A stretch of 64,000 bases of DNA from an uncultured Chloroflexia bacterium (GTDB taxonomy: Bacteria > Chloroflexota > Limnocylindria > QHBO01). The notes beneath the pieces were generated by a model that was given only the letters and a program-made list of their open reading frames with translations, did not search any database and was not told the DNA's origin. Each line of letters begins with the position of its first letter. The first letter of the stretch is position 1. The stretch lies in contig CAWFCQ010000004.1 of the NCBI GenBank assembly GCA_963814375.1, forward strand, positions 128,001-192,000, written 5' to 3'. Positions 47,383-57,569 of this stretch are shown piece after piece. A program made the translations under genes and the position numbers.

Positions 47383-47712
47383 TCACTCGGGCTCGAGCAC
47401 GAAGAGGGGAATCGTCCGCTTCGTCCGCTTCTGGTACGTCGCGTAGAGCGGAAACGCCTCGACCGCGAGGTTCCACAGCCGCTCGCGCTCCGTGCCGCCG
47501 CCGACCTCCTGAGCGGTCATCCCGCGAATCTCACGCCCGATCTTGACGCTGGCCCGCGGATTGGCTCGCAGGTTGTGGGCCCACCCGGGGTCAACGGCAG
47601 AGCCGCCGCGCGAGCCCACGATGACGAAGTTGTCGCCGTCGGGCCAGGCATAGAGGACCACGTCGCGGCGGAGTCCGGTCCGGCGCCCGGTCGTGGTGAG
47701 CAGGATGTTCAT
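47383..47712 (-). CDS. Deazaflavin-dependent nitroreductase (Ddn/FDOR-A) family, short N-terminus
   Basis: LLTTTGRRTG, VGSRGGSAVDPGWAHNLRANP, YATYQKRTKRTIPLFVL. Confidence 0.85.
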   Translation of the reverse strand: MNILLTTTGRRTGLRRDVVLYAWPDGDNFVIVGSRGGSAVDPGWAHNLRANPRASVKIGREIRGMTAQEVGGGTERERLWNLAVEAFPLYATYQKRTKRTIPLFVLEPE

Positions 47713-47740
47713 GGAACTCGATAGCCGCAACCGATGACGA

Positions 47741-47779
47741 AGCGGCCGTCGACGTCCACGGTGGATATCGACGGCCGCT
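47741..47779 (-). terminator. GC-rich hairpin downstream of the cold-shock gene
   Basis: AGCGGCCGTCGA...TCGACGGCCGCT 12-bp perfect stem plus extension; weak U-tract. Confidence 0.6.
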
Positions 47780-47801
47780 CAAGTCGCAAAGGGCCGAGAG
47801 C

Positions 47802-48008
47802 TTACTCGGCGGCCTTGATGTTCGAAGCGCGGGGACCGCGCGGGTTGGATTCGACGTCGAACGTGACGTTCTCGCCCCCTACGAGGCGATCAAAGTCGAT
47901 CGACTCGCTCAGACCGTCGCGATGGAAGAAGTAATCCTTGCCATCCTCGCCGGTGATGAAGCCGAAGCCGCGATCGGCAACGATCTTCTTGATGGAACCA
48001 CTGGCCAT
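47802..48008 (-). CDS. Cold-shock domain protein
   Basis: GSIKKIVADRGFGFI, DYFFHR, GPRASNI; AGGAGG RBS. Confidence 0.95.
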   Translation of the reverse strand: MASGSIKKIVADRGFGFITGEDGKDYFFHRDGLSESIDFDRLVGGENVTFDVESNPRGPRASNIKAAE

Positions 48009-48070
48009 GAGAGGCCTCCTAACGGTAGAACCGCAAGGGTACTCGACTATCGCCTGTAGCATCGGCGCCG

Positions 48071-49411
48071 ATGACCGATTTCCCTGGCCGAGGACCGTTC
48101 TCGATTCGCGCGCGCATCCTGTCGCCGCTGGCTGATGACGGCCTGATCGACGAGGCCGACGGGCTGGTCGAGGTCGACGCCGGAGGCCTGATCACCAGTG
48201 TGGGACCCTGGCCGGGCGCCGATGCGCCCGCATCGGCGATCGATCTGCGGCCGCTGGTGGTGATGCCGGGCCTGGTCGACCTCCACGCCCACCTGCCGCA
48301 GCTGCCGAATGCGGGCCTGGGCAGCGGGTTGGATCTCCTGACGTGGCTGGATCGGTACATCTTCCCGCTCGAGCGCTCGTACGACCGATCAACCGCCGAG
48401 CGCCAGGCGCCGGCGGCGTGGCGGGCATTCGCGGCGGCGGGCACGACCACCGTCGTCGCCTATGCCGCTCTGTGGGCGGACTCGACCGATGCCGCTTTCG
48501 CCGCGGCCGAGGCCCACGGCATCCGCGCCGTGATCGGCAAGGTGATGATGGATCGGCTCACGTACGACACCGAGATCGACCCGGGCGAGATCCTGCAGAC
48601 CAGCCTGCTTCAATCGGACGAGCTCGCCACGCGGTGGCACGGCCGCGACGAGGGCCGCCTTTCCTATGCGTTCACGCCGCGCTTCGCGGTCAGCTGCTCG
48701 GCCGAGATGCTGCGCGAATCGGCGGATCTCGCACGGCACCACGGCGCGTACTGGCAGACGCATCTGTCCGAGGACGGCGGAGAGATCAGGGAAGTGAAGC
48801 GCCTCTTCCCACACTCCCACGACTACCTCAACGTGTACGACCAGGCCGGCGCGCTCGGCGCGAGGACGATCCTTGCGCACGCGATTCACCTGTCCGACAC
48901 CGAGGTCGCGCGCCTGGTCGAGTCGGACTCACGGGTCGCTCATTGCCCCGCCTCGAACCTGTTCCTGTCGAGCGGGATGATGCCGCTCGGCGCCTACCGG
49001 GAGGCAGGAATGCGGATCGGCCTCGGCAGCGACGTCGCCGCCGGCCCCGAGGTATCGATCTTCAGCGTCATGCGCGCGGGAGCGGTGACCCAGCGCGTGC
49101 TCGAGCTGTCCGGCACGGTGGATCCCATCGCCGCGCTGCGGCCGCTCGACTGGCTGCGGATGGGCTCCATCGGCGGGGCACGAGTGCTCGGCATCGAAGA
49201 CCGGATCGGGTCGTTGGAGGTAGGGAAGGAGGCCGACCTCATCGCGGTCGACCCACGTCTGACGACGCCGCTGCCGGGCGACGAGCCATCGCTGGGCGCC
49301 GATGATCTCGCCAGCCGGCTCATCTTCCGACCGCACCCGAACATGGTGCGCGCCGCCTGGGTTCGCGGCCGCCTCCTCGCCGGACCGCCCGGCCTCGACA
49401 GCATCGACTAA
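48071..49411 (+). CDS. guaD: Guanine deaminase
   Basis: PGLVDLHAHLPQ, LLTWL, TPRFAVSCS, QTHLSE, HCPASN, GSDVAAG. Confidence 0.88.
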   Translation: MTDFPGRGPFSIRARILSPLADDGLIDEADGLVEVDAGGLITSVGPWPGADAPASAIDLRPLVVMPGLVDLHAHLPQLPNAGLGSGLDLLTWLDRYIFPLERSYDRSTAERQAPAAWRAFAAAGTTTVVAYAALWADSTDAAFAAAEAHGIRAVIGKVMMDRLTYDTEIDPGEILQTSLLQSDELATRWHGRDEGRLSYAFTPRFAVSCSAEMLRESADLARHHGAYWQTHLSEDGGEIREVKRLFPHSHDYLNVYDQAGALGARTILAHAIHLSDTEVARLVESDSRVAHCPASNLFLSSGMMPLGAYREAGMRIGLGSDVAAGPEVSIFSVMRAGAVTQRVLELSGTVDPIAALRPLDWLRMGSIGGARVLGIEDRIGSLEVGKEADLIAVDPRLTTPLPGDEPSLGADDLASRLIFRPHPNMVRAAWVRGRLLAGPPGLDSID

Positions 49412-49420
49412 GGTACGCGC

Positions 49421-49801
49421 GTGGATCGCCTCGTCCAGATCGCCATCAACGCCGCCGCGCTGTACGTGGCGGTCTTTCTCGTGCCGGACCTCGACTTCAA
49501 CTTCGAGCCGGAAGGAGCATGGCTCCGCTTCCTGCTCGTCGCTGTCATCTTCGGCCTGGTGAACACCTTCGTGCGGCCGATCATCCGGCTTCTGACTCTG
49601 CCGATCTCGGTGATGACCCTGGGCCTCTTCCTCGTCATCATCAATGCCCTGATGCTCCTCCTGACCGATCTCATCTCGGACCAGCTGAGCCTCGGCTTGG
49701 TCGTCAACGGCTTCTTCGCGGCCCTGCTGGGGGCGATCGTCATCAGCATCGTCAGCTTCATCCTGTCGATGGTGATCGGGACGGCGCGGAAGGCAACCTG
49801 A
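49421..49801 (+). CDS. YvlD/DUF360 ('phage holin family') membrane protein
   Basis: FGLVNTFVRPIIRLLTLP..MTLGLF..IINA. Confidence 0.88.
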   Translation: MDRLVQIAINAAALYVAVFLVPDLDFNFEPEGAWLRFLLVAVIFGLVNTFVRPIIRLLTLPISVMTLGLFLVIINALMLLLTDLISDQLSLGLVVNGFFAALLGAIVISIVSFILSMVIGTARKAT

Positions 49802-49818
49802 CCGCGCCCGCTCCTCAG

Positions 49819-50484
49819 GTGGCGCCCGCACCCCGACTCGTCGGCCTCGCACTCGGGATCTCCGTCGCGGCGCTCATCCTGCTCGTCGGGCCGCTACTCC
49901 TGTTCAACCCCGCGTTCACCTCCCTGCTCCAGCAGCGGCACGGAGTGGCGGCGTCGTTCGACACGACGCAGGCCGAGGTCGACCGCGTCACGAGCGAGCT
50001 CCTCGCCCATATCTGGACCGATGGCGACTTCGAAGCCGCCCTCGAGGGCCAGCCGTCGCTGCTCGACGCGAACGAGCGCTCGCACATGCACGACGTGGCG
50101 GTGCTGGTGCGCCTGCTCGGAATCATCGCCGTGGTCGCGGCGGTGATCGCGGTCGTCACCTGGTTCGTCATGCGCCGCGAGCGTTATCGGCGCGGGATGA
50201 CCATGATGCTCGCCGCCGCCGGGGTGGGGGCGGCCGGGGTCAGCCTGGGGATCCTCTTCGCCGTCGCCTTCGAGCAGGCGTTCCTGACATTCCACGTGCT
50301 GCTCTTCCCGCCGGGAACGTACCTCTTCGAGCCGGGGTCGAACCTCATCACGCTCTTCCCCCAGCCATTCTGGTTCGAGGCTGCGCTGGCGGCGGGCGTG
50401 ACGATCGTCATCAGCGCGGCGCTCGTCGGCTTCGTCGGGTATCGGCTGGTCCGGGGCGCCGACCGGCCGCCCCATCAGGCCTGA
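49819..50484 (+). CDS. DUF1461/TIGR01906 membrane protein (Lit-like); start uncertain
   Basis: NERSHMHDV, FEQAFLTFHVLLF, SNLITLFPQPFW. Confidence 0.8.
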   Translation: MAPAPRLVGLALGISVAALILLVGPLLLFNPAFTSLLQQRHGVAASFDTTQAEVDRVTSELLAHIWTDGDFEAALEGQPSLLDANERSHMHDVAVLVRLLGIIAVVAAVIAVVTWFVMRRERYRRGMTMMLAAAGVGAAGVSLGILFAVAFEQAFLTFHVLLFPPGTYLFEPGSNLITLFPQPFWFEAALAAGVTIVISAALVGFVGYRLVRGADRPPHQA

Positions 50485-50498
50485 TCTAGACTCCGACC

Positions 50499-51623
50499 GT
50501 GGGACACGGCTGGAAGATCGGCCGCCTGGCCGGCATCGACCTCGCGATTCATCCGAGCTGGCTGGTGATCGCCTTCCTCATCGTGTACTCGCTGGCGGAG
50601 TCGCAGTTCCCCCGGCAGTTCCGCGGCTGGAGCGACGCCCAGTACTGGATCGTGGCCGGCGCCACCGCGCTCCTCTTCTTCGGCTCGGTGCTGGCCCACG
50701 AGCTTTCGCACGCGCTCGTGGCGCGTGGCTTCGGGCTGAAGGTCGAGGGCATCACGCTCTTCATCTTCGGCGGTGCGACCACGATCGACTCCGATTCGCG
50801 CACGCCGCGCGAGGAGGCCCTCATCGCCCTCGCCGGGCCGGCGACGAGCATCGCGCTCGGGGTGGTCTTCGTGGTCATCGATGTCTTCGTCGACCAGGAG
50901 CAGGTGGGCGCCCTCCTTGGCTGGCTCGGGCTGATCAACATCGCGCTCGGCGTCTTCAACCTCATCCCCGGCTTCCCGATGGACGGCGGACGCGTCCTGC
51001 GCGCCTTCATCTGGCGGCTGCGCGGCGATCGGCTCACTGCGACGCGCAGTGCCGCGATCGTGGGCCGGATCTTCGCGTACCTGCTGATCGCGCTCGGGGT
51101 CTTCCTGGCGCTGCGTCCGGGTGGGCTCTTCAGCGGGATATGGCTGGCACTCATCGGCTGGTTCCTCTCGAACGCGTCCGAGGCGACGATCGCGCAGGCC
51201 GGGGTCGAGCGAGCCCTGCGCGGCATGCGTGTCCGCGACGCGATGGACGAGGCGCCGCCGTCGGTGTCACCGAACGAGTCGGTGGCCGACCTCATCAACG
51301 AGCGGATGCTGCGTGGCGACGAGCGCTCATACCTCGTCCGCTACGACGATGGCGGGCTGGCCGGCGTCGTTACCCTCGACGACGTGCGCCGCCTCGGGCG
51401 CGACCTCTGGCCCGACGCCCGGGTGACGGACATCATGACCCGCCATGCGGACCTCGCCACCATCGGGCCCGACGCTCCGCTGGTGGATGCGCTGCGCCTG
51501 ATCCAGGAGCGCGAGGTCGGGCAGCTGCCGGTGGTCGACGGCGACGGCCGCAACCCGCTCGGGATGGTGACCCGGCGGGGGATCCTGCGGCTCATTGACG
51601 CCCGCATGAAGCTCGGGCTCTGA
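50499..51623 (+). CDS. Site-2 protease with CBS pair
   Basis: [23 protein letters not shown], two CBS domains. Confidence 0.93.
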   Translation: MGHGWKIGRLAGIDLAIHPSWLVIAFLIVYSLAESQFPRQFRGWSDAQYWIVAGATALLFFGSVLAHELSHALVARGFGLKVEGITLFIFGGATTIDSDSRTPREEALIALAGPATSIALGVVFVVIDVFVDQEQVGALLGWLGLINIALGVFNLIPGFPMDGGRVLRAFIWRLRGDRLTATRSAAIVGRIFAYLLIALGVFLALRPGGLFSGIWLALIGWFLSNASEATIAQAGVERALRGMRVRDAMDEAPPSVSPNESVADLINERMLRGDERSYLVRYDDGGLAGVVTLDDVRRLGRDLWPDARVTDIMTRHADLATIGPDAPLVDALRLIQEREVGQLPVVDGDGRNPLGMVTRRGILRLIDARMKLGL

Positions 51624-51632
51624 GCGGGGCCG

Positions 51633-52840
51633 ATGCTGTCCCTGGACGCGGCCTCCGCCCGGCTCCTCGAGCGCGCTCATCCGACCCAGGGTGAGACCGT
51701 CGGCCTGGCCGATGCCCTCGGACGCGTCCTCGTCGAGCCGCATGGTCGTGGCCGCCGTCGACGTTCCGCCGTTCGCCAACTCATCGATGGATGGGTTCGC
51801 GGTCCGCGCCGCAGATGCGCCCGGCACGCTTCGGCTCATTGGCGAGGTCGCGGCGGGCGCCACCGTCCTCGCGACGGTCGAGCCGGGCACCGCGCTCCGG
51901 ATCATGACCGGTGCCCCGCTCCCGCCCGGCGCCGATGCCGTCGTCCCGCTCGAGGACGCGATCGAGGCCGATGGCCGCGTTGAGATCGCGGGCGGCGTTT
52001 CCGACTGGCGCGTACGTGCGGGCCGCGGCGCACGACACGCGCGCCGGCGACGAGATCTGCCTGCCCGGCCCGCTGACGCCGTCAGCGATTGCCGTGCTGG
52101 CCTCCATCGGTGTCGGAACCGTCGAGGTCCGGCGGCGCCCGGTGGTTGCGGTGCTGTCGACCGGGGACGAGCTGGTTGGGCCCGGCGAGCCGCTCGGTCC
52201 GGGCAAGATCCACGATGCCAACACGGTGGCGCTCGCGGCCGCCGTGATCGACTCCGGCGGCACGCCGCTCGCCCTGCCGCGTGTCGCCGACGATCCTGCG
52301 GCGATCGAGTCGGCGCTGCTGAGCGCCGCGGCCGAGTCGGACCTCGTCGTGGCATCGGGTGGCGTCAGCGTCGGGCGCCACGACCACGTGCGCGAGGTGA
52401 TCGAGCACCGCGGAACGCTCGACTTCTGGCGCATCTCCGTGCAACCCGGCAAGCCGCTGGCGGTGGGCGAGCTCGATGGGGTGACGGTGATCGGCCTGCC
52501 CGGCAACCCGGTCAGCGCGCTCGTCACATTCGAGCTCTTTGTCCGACCGTTCATCCGCGCCATGCTCGAACTGCCGGGCGACGGTCGCACCCGCGTCCGC
52601 GCCACGCCGACGGAGCGGATCGCGAAAGATGCGCCGCGCCGCGCGTTCCTGCGAGTCCGCGTCCGCGAGCATGGCGGCGCCTTCGAGGCAGAGCCGGCAG
52701 GCGGTCAGCAATCCTCGCAGCTGCGGCCGATGGCCGATGCCAACGGATTGCTCGTCGTCCCCGAGGGTCCGGATGCGGCCGAGCCGGGCCGGGCTTACGA
52801 GGCGATCCTGATCGGCCCCCTGCCCGCGAGCGACCGATGA
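51633..52840 (+). CDS. moeA: Molybdopterin molybdotransferase MoeA, two apparent +1 frameshifts (~51740, ~52000)
   Basis: ALGRVL / PPFANSSMDGFAV, IMTGAPLP.GADAVV / STGDEL, SGGVSVG, QPGKP, GLPGNPVS in three successive frames. Confidence 0.9.
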
Positions 52841-53802
52841 AGCCGAGCCATCTCGACGACGAAGGCGCGCCGCGCATGGTCGACGTCGGCGACAAGCCGG
52901 TGACCGCGCGCCGGGCGGTGGCTGCGGCCACCGTGCGCATGCGGCCCGAGGTGCTGGCCCAGCTCGTGGATGCGGGCGGTCCGAAGGGTGACGCGTTCGT
53001 CACCGCGCGACTGGCTGGCATCGGCGCCGCCAAGCGGACCGCCGAGCTCATCCCGCTCTGCCATCCGCTTCCGCTCGATCGCGTCGACCTCGAGATCGTG
53101 CCCGGTGCCGGCGACGGAACCGTCCGGATCACGGCAGAGGTGCGAGCCACCGCGCGCACCGGCGTCGAGATGGAGGCGCTCACGGCCGCGTCGGTTGCGG
53201 CGCTGACTCTGTACGACATGGCCAAGGCGCTCCAACGCGACATCGTCATCGAGCGAGTCGAGCTCCTGGAGAAGTCAGGCGGGCGCTCGGGGGACTTCAC
53301 CCGCGATGCCGCGGTCGCGGCCGCCGAGCACGAGGCGGTCGTCGTCACCTGCTCGAATCGGTCGGCGGCGGGGGAGCGTGAGGACACGTCCGGCCCGGCT
53401 CTCGTACAGCTCCTGGCCGATGCCGGTTTCGACGCAGCGCCTGAGCCAATCGTCGTCGCCGACGACGAGGCGACCATCGTGGCCGTCCTGACTCGGCTCA
53501 CCGACGCCGGGCACCGGCTCATCCTCACCACCGGCGGCACCGGCCTGACGCCGACCGACGTGACGCCGGCGGCCACGCGGCGCGTGATCGACCGCGAGGT
53601 CCCAGGCATGGCGGAGCTGATGCGGGCAGCCGGCCTCGCGTCGACGCCGATGGCGGCACTCTCGCGTGGGCTCGTCGGTGCCCGCGGGACGACGCTCATC
53701 GCCAATCTCCCGGGCTCGCTGAAGGGCGCCACCGAGTCCGTCGCCGGGCTCCTTCCTGTGCTGCGCCACGCGCTCGAGCAGCTCGCCGGCGGCGATCATT
53801 GA
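52837..53802 (+). CDS. moaCB: MoaC-MoaB/Mog fusion
   Basis: MVDVGDK, LIPLCHP, TGVEMEAL, KSGGRSG; then DTSGP, TTGGTG..PTDVTP, NLPGS. Confidence 0.93.
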   Translation: MKPSHLDDEGAPRMVDVGDKPVTARRAVAAATVRMRPEVLAQLVDAGGPKGDAFVTARLAGIGAAKRTAELIPLCHPLPLDRVDLEIVPGAGDGTVRITAEVRATARTGVEMEALTAASVAALTLYDMAKALQRDIVIERVELLEKSGGRSGDFTRDAAVAAAEHEAVVVTCSNRSAAGEREDTSGPALVQLLADAGFDAAPEPIVVADDEATIVAVLTRLTDAGHRLILTTGGTGLTPTDVTPAATRRVIDREVPGMAELMRAAGLASTPMAALSRGLVGARGTTLIANLPGSLKGATESVAGLLPVLRHALEQLAGGDH

Positions 53803-54179
53803 CCGCGCCGCCGGCCGTCGAGCAGTTCGTCTTCGTCATCACCACGCGCCGGTTCGCGGAGTCGCTCGGCTTCTATCGCGACCTCATCGGCTTCGAGCTC
53901 GTCGAAGAGTGGACCGAGCACGGACATGGCGCGGTCCTCTCTGGCGGGCATCACGCGCGGGTCGAGCTGATCGAGCTCGACGTGCCGGACGAGCCGCCTC
54001 CGCGCCACGCTCCGATGCTCGGCCTCCAGGTCGCCGACGTGCCCGCCATCCACGCGCGGCTGCTGGCCTCCGGCTGGCCGATCGCGTCGCCGCTCGTCGA
54101 GCGGGCATGGGGTGGGATCGGCTTCGGCGTCCTCGATCCGAACGGCGTGGCGGTGAACGTCTACTCGGCGTACGAATGA
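53799..54179 (+). CDS. VOC family protein
   Basis: SLGFYRDLIGF, RAWGG..F..LDPNG. Confidence 0.85.
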   Translation: MTAPPAVEQFVFVITTRRFAESLGFYRDLIGFELVEEWTEHGHGAVLSGGHHARVELIELDVPDEPPPRHAPMLGLQVADVPAIHARLLASGWPIASPLVERAWGGIGFGVLDPNGVAVNVYSAYE

Positions 54180-54218
54180 TCTGAGCGCGGTCCGCCGCGG
54201 CTACCATGGCGGCCACGC

Positions 54219-56420
54219 ATGGACGCCACCATTCCGTTCTATCCGCTGGTCGTCGTGCCCATCGTGATGGCGATCGCGCTCTTCTGGCGCCGCGCGCGGT
54301 GGCACATGGCGATCCTGCGCCTCGGGCAGCCGCTCAATCGGACGGACCGCATCGGCAAGCGGATCGGCGCGCTCGGCGTCTTCGTGTTCGGTCAGCGGCG
54401 GCTCCTCCAAGACCCCGGCCCCGGCCTGGCCCACGCCTTCGTCTTCTGGGGCTTCATCGTCCTGCTGGCGACGACTGGCAACTACATCACCAACGGGCTG
54501 GTCGAGGCGATCGTCGGCTGGCCGCTCGGCGGCTTCTTCTGGAGCGTCATCGTCTTCTTCGCCAACGTCTTCGTCGGGCTGGTCCTCGCATCGGTCGTGT
54601 ACTACGTCGTCCGGCGTGTCGTCGTCCGCCCCGCGCGCCTGGCGCTGACGCGTGACGCCTTCGTCATCCTCGGGCTCATCTTCGCGATCGTGCTGACGGA
54701 GCTGATCGGCGATGCGTTTGCCTACGTCGTCGAGCCCGATGCGCCCGCGCGCACCTGGGCCGTCCTGGCCGGTCCGCTGAGCGTGGCGCTGGCGCCGATG
54801 GGGGCGGAGGCGGCGCTGGTCGGCTTCGGGCTGATGGCGTGGGCGCACATCGGTCTCGTGCTCGGCTTCGGCGCATACCTGCCGTACTCCAAGCACCTGC
54901 ACATCATCAGCAGCGAGCCGAACGTCTACTTCAAGAGCCTCGAGCCGCGCGGCGCGCTGCGCAAGATGGACCTCGAGGCCGAGCCGGAGGACGGCAGCGA
55001 GCCGGTCTTCGGCGCCAGGACCCTCGAGGACCTCACCTGGCGCCACCTGCTCGACCCGCTGGCCTGCACCGAGTGCGGCCGCTGCATGGAGTTCTGCCCC
55101 GCGTCGGTCACCGGCAAGACGCTCTCGCCGAAGCACCTGATGGAGGGCATGCGCGACCAGATCCTGGCGGCCGAGACTGCCCTGGCGGCGGCGGCATCGG
55201 CGCAACGGGCGTGGAAGGGCGGAGCCAACGGCGGCGCTGCGGCGTCGGAGGACGCGCTGGGCCTCGCCCGGCAGCGCGCGGAGGAGGCGCTGACCCTGCC
55301 GCTCATCGACAACGCCATTCCCGAGGAGGCGGTCTGGCAATGCACGACGTGCGGGTGGTGCGTCGAGGGCTGCCCGGTGCTCATCGAGCATGTCGACACG
55401 ATCGTCGAGATCCGCCGCAACGCGGTTCTCGAGGAGTCGCGCTTCCCGAAGGAGCTCAACGCCGCGTTCCGCAACATGGAGAACGCCGGCAACCCATGGG
55501 GCCAGCCGAAGGCGTCACGCCTGGACTGGGCGAAGGGCCTCGACGTGCCGGTGCTGGCGGAGGCCGATGCGTCGCGCGCCGCGCCTAGCGTCAACGGGGA
55601 CGCCTGGAGGACGATCTTCGAGGCTCGCCCGACTCACGACGCGCTCGACGGCCGCGTCCTCTTCTGGGTCGGCTGCGCCGGCGCCTTCGACGACCGCAAT
55701 CGGAAGGTCGTCCGTGCAATGGCCCAGCTCCTGCGCCAGGCCGACGTCTCGTTCGCCGTCCTCGGACCGCGGGAGACATGCACCGGCGATCCCGCGCGGC
55801 GCGCCGGCAACGAGTACCTCTTCCAGATGCTCGCCGAGGAGAACGTCGCGACGCTCTCGGCCGCGCACGCCGACCACGGCATCTCGACCATCGTCGCCAC
55901 CTGCCCGCACTGCTTCAACACGATCCGCAACGAGTACCCGCAGTTCGGGCTGCGCGGCATCCAGGTCATCCACCACACCCAGCTGCTGGATCGGCTGGTC
56001 GCCGATGGGCGCCTCGTGCCCTCCGAGCACCACGAGGCGGTCGTTGCCTACCACGACGCCTGCTACCTCGGCCGCTACAACCAGGTCTACGACGAAGGGC
56101 GCCGCGTGGTCGAGTCGGTGCCGGGGCAGTCGATCGTCGAGATGGACCTCCACCATCGGCGCGGCATGTGCTGCGGCGCCGGCGGAGCGCGGATGTGGAT
56201 GGAGGAGCGCGAGGGGAAGCGCATCAACCACAAGCGCGTCGAGCAGGCCCTCGAGAAGACGCCGGACGAGATCGCCACCGCCTGCCCCTTCTGCCTGATC
56301 ATGCTGCGTGACGGCACGACCGACCTCGAACGGACCGATGTCGCGGTCCGCGACGTTGCCGAGCTCCTCGCCGATGCCACCGGCGCATGGCAGCGTGAGG
56401 TGGGCGGGCCCGAGGCGTGA
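54219..56420 (+). CDS. Membrane Fe-S oxidoreductase, FadF/EtfD type (TM + 2x4Fe-4S + CCG domains)
   Basis: N-terminal TMs, CTECGRC..CP, CTTCGWC..CP, WVGC, TCPHC, YHDACYLGR, CCGAGG. Confidence 0.9.
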   Translation: MDATIPFYPLVVVPIVMAIALFWRRARWHMAILRLGQPLNRTDRIGKRIGALGVFVFGQRRLLQDPGPGLAHAFVFWGFIVLLATTGNYITNGLVEAIVGWPLGGFFWSVIVFFANVFVGLVLASVVYYVVRRVVVRPARLALTRDAFVILGLIFAIVLTELIGDAFAYVVEPDAPARTWAVLAGPLSVALAPMGAEAALVGFGLMAWAHIGLVLGFGAYLPYSKHLHIISSEPNVYFKSLEPRGALRKMDLEAEPEDGSEPVFGARTLEDLTWRHLLDPLACTECGRCMEFCPASVTGKTLSPKHLMEGMRDQILAAETALAAAASAQRAWKGGANGGAAASEDALGLARQRAEEALTLPLIDNAIPEEAVWQCTTCGWCVEGCPVLIEHVDTIVEIRRNAVLEESRFPKELNAAFRNMENAGNPWGQPKASRLDWAKGLDVPVLAEADASRAAPSVNGDAWRTIFEARPTHDALDGRVLFWVGCAGAFDDRNRKVVRAMAQLLRQADVSFAVLGPRETCTGDPARRAGNEYLFQMLAEENVATLSAAHADHGISTIVATCPHCFNTIRNEYPQFGLRGIQVIHHTQLLDRLVADGRLVPSEHHEAVVAYHDACYLGRYNQVYDEGRRVVESVPGQSIVEMDLHHRRGMCCGAGGARMWMEEREGKRINHKRVEQALEKTPDEIATACPFCLIMLRDGTTDLERTDVAVRDVAELLADATGAWQREVGGPEA

Positions 56421-57040
56421 CCTCACCGCTCCTGCTCCACGTCCCCGACAGCTTCGAGTCTGAGCGGCTCCTCATCAGGGCGCCGCAGCCCGGCGACGGC
56501 GCCGAGGTCCACGCCGCGATCACCGAGTCATTGGCCGAGCTCCGCCCATGGATGCCATGGGCTCACCCGGAACAATCGGTCGACGACGTCGAGGCGAACG
56601 TCCGGCATGCCGCCGCCGAGTTCATCGCCCGCCGCGACCTTCGGCTCCACCTCTACCTGCGCGACGGCGGCGGGTTCATAGGCGCGAGTGGGCTGCATCG
56701 GATCGACTGGGACGTCCCGCGGTTCGAGATCGGCTACTGGGTGCGCTCGAGCATGACCGGCCAGGGATTCGCCACGGAGGCGACGATGCGCATCGCCGAG
56801 ATGGCCTTCGCCGAGCTCGCCGCCGAGCGCGTCGAGGTCTGGTGCGACGCGCGCAACGAGCGAAGCGCCGCGGTCGCGCAACGCGCCGGGTTCGCCTACG
56901 AAGCGCGCCTCAATCGGAACCGCATCGGCGCCGACGGCGTGCTGTCCGACTCCCTCTGCTTCGTCCGCCTCCGCGACCACGGAATCCGCGACGGTGCGCG
57001 GAATCCGCGGAATCTAGATGCGAAGTCTGCGGAAAGTTGA
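56417..57040 (+). CDS. RimJ/RimL-type GNAT acetyltransferase
   Basis: SERLLIR, LRPWMPW, EIGYW..GQGFATEA, NERSAAVAQRAGF. Confidence 0.9.
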   Translation: MTSPLLLHVPDSFESERLLIRAPQPGDGAEVHAAITESLAELRPWMPWAHPEQSVDDVEANVRHAAAEFIARRDLRLHLYLRDGGGFIGASGLHRIDWDVPRFEIGYWVRSSMTGQGFATEATMRIAEMAFAELAAERVEVWCDARNERSAAVAQRAGFAYEARLNRNRIGADGVLSDSLCFVRLRDHGIRDGARNPRNLDAKSAES

Positions 57041-57065
57041 CCCCCAATGGGCCCGAGGCTACGCT
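56978..57065 (+). promoter_or_regulatory. Lrp-type operator array plus sigma70 promoter (TTGACC-17bp-TACGCT)
   Basis: CACGGAATCCGCG 56978, CGCGGAATCCGCG 56997, TGCGAAGTCTGCG 57019; -35 at 57037, -10 at 57060, ATG 8 nt later. Confidence 0.65.
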
Positions 57066-57073
57066 CGACGCAC

Positions 57074-57559
57074 ATGGCGATGCGATCGATCCCTCAGCCC
57101 GGCCGGCGCCCCGCGCTCGACGACCTCGACAAGGCCATCATCCAGTGCCTTCAGCTCGACGGTCGGCGGCCCTACGCGCAGATCGGCCGCCAGCTGAAGG
57201 TTCCGGAGGCCACCGTGCGGCAGCGAGCGGAGCGGCTCATCAACCGCCGGGTGGTGCAGGTCGTGGGCGTGACCGACCCGCTGGCCATGGGGTTCCAGCA
57301 GCCGGCACTCATCGGCCTGAAGGTCGAGCCGGGAAAGCTGGACCGGATCGCCGAGCAGATCGCCGAGCTCGAGGAGGTCACCTACCTGGTCGTGACCGCC
57401 GGCCGCTTCGACCTGGTGTGCGAGGTCGTGTGCGAGGACAACGACCATCTGCTCCGCGTCCTGACCGAGAACCTCGCGCAGATCAAGGGCATCCGGGCGA
57501 CGGAGACGCTGGTCGAGCTGCGCTTCGTCAAGGAGAGCTACCAGTGGGGCACCCGATAG
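57074..57559 (+). CDS. Lrp/AsnC family transcriptional regulator
   Basis: LDDLDKAII..LQLDGRRPYAQIG, EATVRQR, AGRFDL. Confidence 0.95.
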   Translation: MAMRSIPQPGRRPALDDLDKAIIQCLQLDGRRPYAQIGRQLKVPEATVRQRAERLINRRVVQVVGVTDPLAMGFQQPALIGLKVEPGKLDRIAEQIAELEEVTYLVVTAGRFDLVCEVVCEDNDHLLRVLTENLAQIKGIRATETLVELRFVKESYQWGTR

Positions 57560-57569
57560 GAGGGCGGCC

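Noticed and set aside
51691-53802. MoeA-MoaC-MoaB triple fusion
   Set aside because: Frameshift artefact; moeA ends at 52840 overlapping the moaCB ATG
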